Shown piece by piece: positions 24,743 to 30,164 of a DNA stretch of 37,358 nucleotides; positions within the stretch are counted from its first letter, which is position 1, and every line of letters begins with the position of its first letter. The notes beneath the pieces were generated by a model. It made no database searches, had not been told where the DNA came from, and saw only the letters and a program-made list of their open reading frames with translations. The DNA comes from an uncultured Gammaproteobacteria bacterium (GTDB taxonomy: Bacteria; Patescibacteriota; Patescibacteriia; Magasanikbacterales; UBA922), in the NCBI GenBank assembly GCA_964412535.1, contig CAYPPF010000006.1, positions 1-37,358 on the forward strand, read 5' to 3'. The position numbers and the translations under genes are program-made.

Positions 24743-25179
24743 ATTTCTTCCTGTACTTTGTCAATTAGACTATTAATCAAGCCAAGCGCCTCTTCTTTTA
24801 CAACTAAATCATTTCTTTCTTTCAAGGCAAGTATTCCTAGCAGGGTATTTAAATGGTCGTCTAACCTGCTTCCTGGAACACGCATCTCGAAAAAACTTTG
24901 TTCTACTGCCGAAAAAATAGCTTCATCATCAGCCTCTGTTATTTCATCCCTTAGAACAATCAAATCTTTTTCATACTTTGCTGTTACCACCATTATTGCC
25001 GCCTGTTCCTTGTATTCCAAGGCTGTTTTTCCTACTTTGCCCAACACACCACCTTTGGTATCATCAGCTTTTGACAGTAAGAGTACAACCAAAAGCACAG
25101 TGGATATTACTATCCCTAGTGCGATCAATCCGAACATTATCATGGGCCACTCAACTTTTTGCTTTTTTTGCCAAAACAT
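24739..25179 (-). CDS. Single-pass membrane-anchored protein of unknown function
   Basis: 146-aa ORF with TM MIMFGLIALGIVISTVLLVVLLL. The start could instead be the Met at 25143, which would avoid the 29-nt overlap with the upstream gene. Confidence 0.55.
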   Translation of the reverse strand: MFWQKKQKVEWPMIMFGLIALGIVISTVLLVVLLLSKADDTKGGVLGKVGKTALEYKEQAAIMVVTAKYEKDLIVLRDEITEADDEAIFSAVEQSFFEMRVPGSRLDDHLNTLLGILALKERNDLVVKEEALGLINSLIDKVQEEI

Positions 25180-26200
25180 CTTCTAAAAAAACACTTAACG
25201 CAGTTGCGACTGGAATCGCAATCAACGCCCCAAGGACTCCGGCCAGCTTAACACCTGTCAAGATGGCCACAATGATGATGATCGGGTTGAGACCGACTGC
25301 TTTTTGCATCACCTTGGGTACTATTAAATGATTTTCTAATTGTTGAATAATGATATACGCGATCAACACAATCCCTAATTTTATCAAACCACCTTGTGAA
25401 AATGCCAAGAACAAGGCTGGTATTGCTGCTAACACTGGACCCACGTAAGGGATGAACTCAAATAGGGCTGCTAACAAAGCTAGAACAGCTGCATACTTGA
25501 TGTCAAGCAAGAACAGGGCAGTGAATACTAAAACTCCAATAATCAAACTCAAGACTAGCTGCCCCCTCATCCAAGCTCCCAGCTTGTCCCGTATTCTTTT
25601 CATCAACCGGGTGCACCACGGTATATATTCATCTGGAGTGACTGAACGCAAAATCTTTTTCAAAGAATCTTCTTGTACGACCATATAAAAGGCCATCACT
25701 AAAATCAGTACTAAAGAAAACACCCCACCAAAAAAACCAGAAATAGTGGAAAATACTCCAGAAATAGTGCTCTCTACTCCAGCAGAACCTTGGGTACCAC
25801 CCTCTGAAACAGACACTCCATACCCAGACAAAGTATTTTGTACGTTATATACTCCTTCTACCACCTTCTGCCAAATATGATTATCCTGCAAACTTACCCA
25901 AAATTCACCAACATTGTCTACTAATTGAGGAAGATCTTTGGCCACTATTGGGGCTAGTAAGGCTATGGCTAGCGCCAGTAAACCAAACATTAGTATATAT
26001 ATCACTAAAACAGCCAAAGTTCTTGGTATCTTCTTTTTCTGAAACCAGTCAGCAAAAGGGTCGATCAAGGCTGCTAGGATAAGGGCGACGAATAGTAGTA
26101 GTACTATGTCTGAAATAAGGTATAATACATACAAAGCTAGCCCTATTCCCAGTATCTTGAAAATTGTCTTTGAGCTAATATTAATAACTATCTCTTGCAT
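25151..26200 (-). CDS. AI-2E family transporter (PerM/YhhT, UPF0118)
   Basis: 349 aa with a typical topology. The sequence pattern (FVALILAALIDPFADWFQKKKIPRTLAVLVIYIL ... GVLGALIAIPVA) matches this family. Confidence 0.8.
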   Translation of the reverse strand: MQEIVINISSKTIFKILGIGLALYVLYLISDIVLLLFVALILAALIDPFADWFQKKKIPRTLAVLVIYILMFGLLALAIALLAPIVAKDLPQLVDNVGEFWVSLQDNHIWQKVVEGVYNVQNTLSGYGVSVSEGGTQGSAGVESTISGVFSTISGFFGGVFSLVLILVMAFYMVVQEDSLKKILRSVTPDEYIPWCTRLMKRIRDKLGAWMRGQLVLSLIIGVLVFTALFLLDIKYAAVLALLAALFEFIPYVGPVLAAIPALFLAFSQGGLIKLGIVLIAYIIIQQLENHLIVPKVMQKAVGLNPIIIIVAILTGVKLAGVLGALIAIPVATALSVFLEDVLAKKAKS

Positions 26201-26262
26201 AAGAGCTTGAAAAAAAGCTGCTAATATTATACACTATTTATGGCAACAAAGCAAAAAATAAT

Positions 26263-26712
26263 ATGCCTACATACTCAACAAACAAGAAAGTCAAATTTGA
26301 CTATGAAATCCTAGATGAAATCGAGGCTGGCTTAGTATTGACCGGACAAGAGGTAAAATCAATAAGAACAGGTCATATTAGCCTTAAAGGTAGCTTTGTA
26401 ACTATAAAAGGTGATGAAGCTTGGCTTACCAACGTACACATCCCTAAGTACAAATTTGCTGGGAATGTGAAAGATTACGATCCTGAACAAAGCAGAAAGC
26501 TTCTTCTAAAAAAGAAAGAAATAGATTATTTAAGAGGAAAATCCATGGAAAGGGGCTTGACAATTGTCCCTCTTTCAGTGTATACTAGAGGTCGCCATGT
26601 TAAGGTGAAAATAGGGATAGGAAAAGGAAAGAAAAAACATGATAAAAGAGCCTCTATTAAGAAAAGAGAGCTCAAGAGAGAAACAGACAGAATGATAAAA
26701 GAAAACAAGTAA
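26263..26712 (+). CDS. smpB: SsrA-binding protein SmpB
   Basis: NKKVKFDYEILDEIEAGLVLTGQEVKSIRTGHISLKGSFV... with a basic C-terminal tail. It sits directly upstream of the tmRNA. Confidence 0.95.
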   Translation: MPTYSTNKKVKFDYEILDEIEAGLVLTGQEVKSIRTGHISLKGSFVTIKGDEAWLTNVHIPKYKFAGNVKDYDPEQSRKLLLKKKEIDYLRGKSMERGLTIVPLSVYTRGRHVKVKIGIGKGKKKHDKRASIKKRELKRETDRMIKENK

Positions 26713-26715
26713 CAT

Positions 26716-27112
26716 GGGGATGACAGGATTCGATGGACGGATCCGTTATCTATCATATGCATGTCGAGGTTGTACCCTATCCTCGTTAATACTAGGATAC
26801 ATGAGATAAGTGTAAACTTAACCTCAAGAGTGAAGAATGCTTTAGCTAACGCTTTTAGTGTTCCTTCATTCGCATCTGCTGTCGCTTAATTGCGACTGCC
26901 ATCGCTACCATGATACTCAATACTGGATCAGCGGTGTAAATCCATTGAGTGTAGGGCTAGATCACCGCCTTGTAATCTAGTCTGAAATCAAACAAGGCTA
27001 GCTATATACTTTTTTGTCGCTTTCAAGGTATTTAGCAAGAAAACAAAGCGTCTAAGCATGTAGATTATGGAGGTAGCCCGCTCAGACCCGGGTTCAATTC
27101 CCGGCATCTCCA
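26716..27112 (+). ncRNA. ssrA: tmRNA (SsrA)
   Basis: The 5' end GGGGATGACAGGATTCGATGGACGG pairs with the 3' end CATCTCC, followed by discriminator A. T-arm is CCGGG-TTCAATT-CCCGG. A candidate tag ORF at about 26839-26889 (ALANAFSVPSFASAVA*) ends in the usual hydrophobic Ala-rich tail. CCA is not encoded. Confidence 0.9.
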
Positions 27113-27119
27113 CAAAATT

Positions 27120-27668
27120 ATGAGAATATCACGAAAAAGAAGGCCTAAAAAGCCCCTCATACCAAGGTATAACCTAAACGAGCGAATTCAGGCTACTGAA
27201 GTGCGCGTACTTGATAATGAGGGTGGTAATATAGGTGTACTACCAATCAAAGAAGCGTTAGACAAGGCAAAAGAAGAAGAAATGGATCTAGTGGAAATAA
27301 ACCCCACAAGCAACCCTCCAGTATGTAAAATTGTTGATTTTTCCCACTTTAAGTACCAGAAAGAAAAAGAGGCTCGCAAACAGAAAGTAAGAGCTCACGA
27401 AAGCGAAGTAAAAGGTATTAGATTATCAGTCCGTATTGGAGAACATGATATGGAGGTACGAAAGACGCAGGCAGAAAAATTCCTAGGAAGAGGAGACAAG
27501 GTAAAGATGGAAATCATCCTAAGGGGACGAGAGAATACCAAGCCTAGTTTAGCCTTTGATGTACTAACAAAATTCCAGAAAAAACTAGAAGAAAATACTG
27601 ATTTACGAGTAGAGCAAAAGCCTACTAAGCAAGGTAATAAAGTTACAGCAATAGTGGCTAAAAAGTAA
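27120..27668 (+). CDS. infC: Translation initiation factor IF-3
   Basis: YNLNERIQATEVRVLDNEGGNIGVLPIKEALDKAKEEEMDLVEI... is typical of IF-3. The start codon is only 7 nt after the tmRNA 3' end, and an in-frame ATT immediately precedes the ATG. Confidence 0.9.
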   Translation: MRISRKRRPKKPLIPRYNLNERIQATEVRVLDNEGGNIGVLPIKEALDKAKEEEMDLVEINPTSNPPVCKIVDFSHFKYQKEKEARKQKVRAHESEVKGIRLSVRIGEHDMEVRKTQAEKFLGRGDKVKMEIILRGRENTKPSLAFDVLTKFQKKLEENTDLRVEQKPTKQGNKVTAIVAKK

Positions 27669-27682
27669 TCAACAGCCCCCTA

Positions 27683-27711
27683 TTGACGAAAATCGCTTTT
27701 TAGCATATAAT
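27683..27711 (+). promoter_or_regulatory. Consensus sigma70 promoter TTGACG-17-TATAAT upstream of rpmI-rplT
   Basis: tatTTGACGaaaatcgctttttagcaTATAATccc. The -10 ends 24 nt before the rpmI ATG. Confidence 0.6.
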
Positions 27712-27735
27712 CCCACCATCAAAAAACAAGAAAAT

Positions 27736-27942
27736 ATGGCTAAGATAAAAACTCACAAAGCAACTGCAAAGAGATTTAGGATAAAAAGAACAAAAAAAGG
27801 TTTAAAAATCCTGAAAAGAACTGATGGACAGGATCATTTTAATTCACGAGAATCAGGTAAAACAAAGAGGAATAAGCGCTCTGACAAAACTATGTCAAAT
27901 ACTCTAAGAAAGACTATTACCCGCGCTATCCCCCACGCTTAA
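27736..27942 (+). CDS. rpmI: 50S ribosomal protein L35
   Basis: MAKIKTHKATAKRFRIKRTKKGLKILKR...; position in the infC-rpmI-rplT gene order. Confidence 0.95.
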   Translation: MAKIKTHKATAKRFRIKRTKKGLKILKRTDGQDHFNSRESGKTKRNKRSDKTMSNTLRKTITRAIPHA

Positions 27943-27952
27943 TTAACAAAAT

Positions 27953-28297
27953 ATGCCAAGAGTAAAAAGAGGACAAAGCCATTTGAAAAAGAGGCGTAAA
28001 TTGATGAAAAGAGTCAAAGGTTTTGGCGATGGTAGAAAAAAACTAATCAAGATAGCTAAAACCGCTGATACCAGAGCAGGTATGCATTCATACCGTGATC
28101 GCAGGGTGAAAAAAAGAACTACTCGCAGACTATGGCAGGTACAGATAAATGCAGCTGTAAGGGCATTGGGTACTAACTACAGCAAGTTCATTGGTGGTCT
28201 TAAAAAGAAAAATATCTTGGTTGACCGCAAGATTCTCTCTCAAATAGCTCAAAATCATCCAAAGGTATTTAAGAAGATAGTGGAAGCAGCTAAATAA
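27953..28297 (+). CDS. rplT: 50S ribosomal protein L20
   Basis: MPRVKRGQSHLKKRRKLMKRVKGF...YRDRRVKKRTTRRLWQVQINAAVR. Confidence 0.95.
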   Translation: MPRVKRGQSHLKKRRKLMKRVKGFGDGRKKLIKIAKTADTRAGMHSYRDRRVKKRTTRRLWQVQINAAVRALGTNYSKFIGGLKKKNILVDRKILSQIAQNHPKVFKKIVEAAK

Positions 28298-28321
28298 CTT
28301 GGGTATCCACATCTACTACAC

Positions 28322-28350
28322 TTGACAAAGACAATTAGATGTGCTAGAAT
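28322..28350 (+). promoter_or_regulatory. Consensus sigma70 promoter TTGACA-17-TAGAAT with no ORF behind it
   Basis: cTTGACAaagacaattagatgtgcTAGAATtac. The -35 hexamer is perfect and the spacer is 17 nt. Confidence 0.55.
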
Positions 28351-28356
28351 TACAAA

Positions 28357-28456
28357 GCTTTACAAACCAAAGACCTTTATAGTGTTTGGTTGGTGGTCGG
28401 GGTGCCCCCTCCTTCACCCCTATGCCATCGCCGAACACTATAAGGGTCTTTTTTGT
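28357..28456 (+). ncRNA. Candidate small RNA of about 100 nt with a long closing helix, a C-rich apical loop and a U-tract
   Basis: 17-bp closing stem 28370-28386/28434-28450 (one G.U pair), followed by TTTTTT. Inner stems are GGTGGT/ATCGCC and GGGGTG/CACCCC. The 10-nt loop CCCCCTCCTT lies at 28405-28414. It has its own promoter. Confidence 0.35.
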
Positions 28457-28459
28457 TTG

Positions 28460-28468
28460 TGGTATAAT
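28460..28468 (+). promoter_or_regulatory. Extended -10 element TGgTATAAT for the SprT-like gene (near-leaderless)
   Basis: tgtTGGTATAATatctttctATG. The -10 ends 8 nt before the ATG at 28477, and there is no SD. Confidence 0.4.
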
Positions 28469-28476
28469 ATCTTTCT

Positions 28477-28935
28477 ATGCAATCCAACTATGAAAAATCT
28501 AACTCTATTGTCAAAACTGACCTTGAAGCTTCCAATCTTAGCAAGAAGCTAGTTAAAAAGATATTGAAAAGCAAACTAGAGAAACTAAGACAAAAACTAG
28601 CAACAGAACTATTGGACGAACTAGCTGACCTAGCTAAAATAGACATTGCTAATGTAAAAATATCATCAGCAAAACAATATCACAAAAAATATAAAGGAAG
28701 AGTAGTTTCTAAACTATATGGTTACTATCGCCCTAAAAGCAACTACATATATATCAATAACCGAACTGCTGTAAGAGGACAGGCCTTAGCACCCAAGACC
28801 TTCCTAGATACCTTGTTACATGAATGGCTTCACCACTATGACTACAGAAAGCTTAAACTAAGCTCAATCCACACTTCTGGCTTCTATGCCAGGCTCAAAG
28901 ATCTAAAAGAGAAGCTTGGATATTACAATGCTTGA
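28477..28935 (+). CDS. SprT-like protein carrying an HExxH zinc-metallopeptidase-type motif
   Basis: 152 aa. KLYGYYRPKSNYIYINNRT ... TFLDTLLHEWLHHYDY ... IHTSGFYARLKDL matches the SprT-like layout by eye. Confidence 0.55.
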   Translation: MQSNYEKSNSIVKTDLEASNLSKKLVKKILKSKLEKLRQKLATELLDELADLAKIDIANVKISSAKQYHKKYKGRVVSKLYGYYRPKSNYIYINNRTAVRGQALAPKTFLDTLLHEWLHHYDYRKLKLSSIHTSGFYARLKDLKEKLGYYNA

Positions 28936-28960
28936 CAGATACAGTGATTTCCTGTAATAT
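28932..28960 (+). promoter_or_regulatory. Consensus sigma70 promoter TTGACA-17-TAATAT in front of a 38-aa basic ORF
   Basis: cTTGACAgatacagtgatttcctgTAATATatt. It overlaps the stop of the SprT-like gene. Confidence 0.5.
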
Positions 28961-28983
28961 ATTACCACCATTAACCTAATAAT

Positions 28984-29100
28984 ATGGGTAGAAGAAAAAA
29001 GAACAATGCCATTAGAAAAATCCAAAGAGACAAATCTAAGGTATTAAGAGACAAGAAAAAACTAAAAAGAAAACTAGAGGCAGAAAAGAAAGCCAAATAA
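28984..29100 (+). CDS. Candidate 38-aa, highly basic small protein
   Basis: ATG 28984 to TAA 29098-29100 gives MGRRKKNNAIRKIQRDKSKVLRDKKKLKRKLEAEKKAK. It is below the ORF-track cutoff, has a dedicated promoter, and ends exactly where the tRNA promoter begins. Confidence 0.35.
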   Translation: MGRRKKNNAIRKIQRDKSKVLRDKKKLKRKLEAEKKAK

Positions 29101-29129
29101 TTGACCATTAAGTCAAATTTTGGTATACT
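29101..29129 (+). promoter_or_regulatory. Sigma70 promoter TTGACC-17-TGgTATACT for tRNA-Asp
   Basis: TTGACCattaagtcaaattttggTATACTt. The -10 ends 13 nt before the tRNA 5' end. Confidence 0.6.
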
Positions 29130-29142
29130 TTGCCTCGCATAC

Positions 29143-29216
29143 GGACCGGTAGTTCAATTGGTTAGAGCACCGCCCTGTCACGGCGGAAGTTGCGAGTTCG
29201 AGTCTCGTCCGGTCCG
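29143..29216 (+). tRNA. tRNA-Asp (anticodon GTC)
   Basis: Manual cloverleaf: acceptor GGACCGG/CCGGTCC, D-arm GTTC..GAGC, anticodon stem CCGCC/GGCGG with loop CTGTCAC, T-arm GCGAG-TTCGAGT-CTCGT, discriminator G. CCA is not encoded. Confidence 0.95.
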
Positions 29217-29226
29217 CATTCAAAAT

Positions 29227-29252
29227 CTTCGCTTATTCAAGCGGAGTTTTTT
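29227..29252 (+). terminator. Rho-independent terminator after tRNA-Asp
   Basis: CTTCGCTTattcAAGCGGAG followed by TTTTTT. Confidence 0.6.
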
Positions 29253-29290
29253 GATGGACGACAGGACGACTATAACTTTATCCACACATA

Positions 29291-29319
29291 TTGACAAAAA
29301 GTACAGTATCATGTACAAT
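29291..29319 (+). promoter_or_regulatory. Consensus sigma70 promoter TTGACA-17-TACAAT with no credible ORF behind it
   Basis: taTTGACAaaaagtacagtatcatgTACAATaca. Confidence 0.5.
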
Positions 29320-29325
29320 ACACAT

Positions 29326-29400
29326 ATCCTTGAGTTTGCCATAAACTTGAGGGGTAATCAAACCATAGAAATAACCCGCTTTTTGCGGGTTATTTTTTTA
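29326..29400 (+). ncRNA. Candidate small RNA of about 75 nt (5' hairpin plus intrinsic terminator)
   Basis: Lies between the 29291 promoter and the 29369-29400 terminator. The 5' hairpin is CCTTGAGTTTgccatAAACTTGAGG (10 bp with two G.U pairs). Confidence 0.3.
29369..29400. terminator. Bidirectional intrinsic terminator (serves the NYN gene on minus and the candidate sRNA on plus)
   Basis: AAATAACCCGCtttttGCGGGTTATTT is flanked by A-rich sequence on the 5' side and a T-run on the 3' side. Confidence 0.65.
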
Positions 29401-30012
29401 TTGCTTATTTTTCAAATCTCCTCTGTGTATCTCTGGAAAATTCTTTAGATCAAAATAACCATCACCCCCAGTCTTAAGTTCGTGAGATATGCAGCCCTCA
29501 CTAGAAAAAATATAAACTTTTTTAGGTTTTTTAAGAGTTCTTAAAAAATTTATCAAACTTAAAAAATCCGAATCACCTGTTAGAAAGACAGCTATATCAT
29601 AGGTGCTTGCATATCTTACAGCATCTATGGCCATTTCAACATCCATATTTCCTTTTTCAATAATATGAGGTTCTCCAGTGTCCGGATCATAAATAAATTC
29701 TCCTCGTTGATTTCGTAAATATATCCTTTTAAGTGGCTTCTTTTCGATTTGATAACCCAGTCCTTTCTTCAAAAAAGTAAAAAAATTATGCAGACCTCCA
29801 ATGTCATCTTTAGGTCTGGTCCCCTTTTTAGGGTATGCAACATAATAAAATACCTTAAATAATTTGCCATTAAACTTATTAACCAAAAAGGGAGCCAATT
29901 TACTAAAATCAATAGTTTTGCCAATAACCTTGTAAGAACCCCAAAGATTCCCAGCATCTATAAATACGGCAATTCGAGGTTTAATCAATTTTAATATTTT
30001 ACTTTCCTTCAT
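29398..30012 (-). CDS. NYN (LabA/DUF88-like, PIN-fold) domain protein
   Basis: 204 aa. IAVFIDAGNLWGSYK ... DVEMAIDAV ... DIAVFLTGDSDFLSLINFLR is the typical NYN acidic-residue pattern. Confidence 0.8.
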   Translation of the reverse strand: MKESKILKLIKPRIAVFIDAGNLWGSYKVIGKTIDFSKLAPFLVNKFNGKLFKVFYYVAYPKKGTRPKDDIGGLHNFFTFLKKGLGYQIEKKPLKRIYLRNQRGEFIYDPDTGEPHIIEKGNMDVEMAIDAVRYASTYDIAVFLTGDSDFLSLINFLRTLKKPKKVYIFSSEGCISHELKTGGDGYFDLKNFPEIHRGDLKNKQ

Positions 30013-30020
30013 ATTTGATT

Positions 30021-30049
30021 ATCTTAGCAATAAAGACAGAAAGTGACAA
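30021..30049 (-). promoter_or_regulatory. Sigma70-type promoter TTGTCA-17-TAAGAT; the NYN mRNA is probably leaderless
   Basis: Minus-sense cTTGTCActttctgtctttattgcTAAGATaatcaaatATG. Only 8 nt separate the -10 from the ATG. Confidence 0.45.
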
Positions 30050-30120
30050 GACCATTTACATTGTTATCTCTAAAACAAGTTATAATCTCGTCCTCTGCGT
30101 TCCGCAAATTAATAAAAAAC

Positions 30121-30142
30121 AAACCCGGGTTTTCCCGGGTTT
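30121..30142. terminator. Intrinsic terminator downstream of the beta-helix surface protein gene
   Basis: AAACCCGGGttttCCCGGGTTTG is symmetric, with A and T runs on either side. Confidence 0.7.
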
Positions 30143-30164
30143 GTTGATTAATCTTTCAGTCCTG

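Noticed and set aside
28357-28456. The structured RNA downstream of rplT considered as SRP (4.5S) RNA or 6S RNA.
   Set aside because: It lacks the conserved SRP domain IV motifs (GGAA/GNAR tetraloop, AGCA, symmetric loop), and it is too short for 6S RNA.
28322-28552. A 76-aa plus-strand ORF downstream of rplT.
   Set aside because: Its TTG start coincides with the -35 hexamer. The ORF spans the long hairpin and U-tract and overlaps the better-supported 152-aa gene in another frame.
26716-29216. The tmRNA or tRNA-Asp gene considered as the integration site of the GC-rich segments.
   Set aside because: The GC-rich segments are not adjacent to either RNA gene. I saw no duplicated 3' fragment of ssrA or tRNA-Asp, and no integrase gene in the window.
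29101-29448. A 115-aa plus-strand ORF.
   Set aside because: It reads straight through the tRNA-Asp gene, its terminator and a second promoter and terminator, so it is not protein coding.
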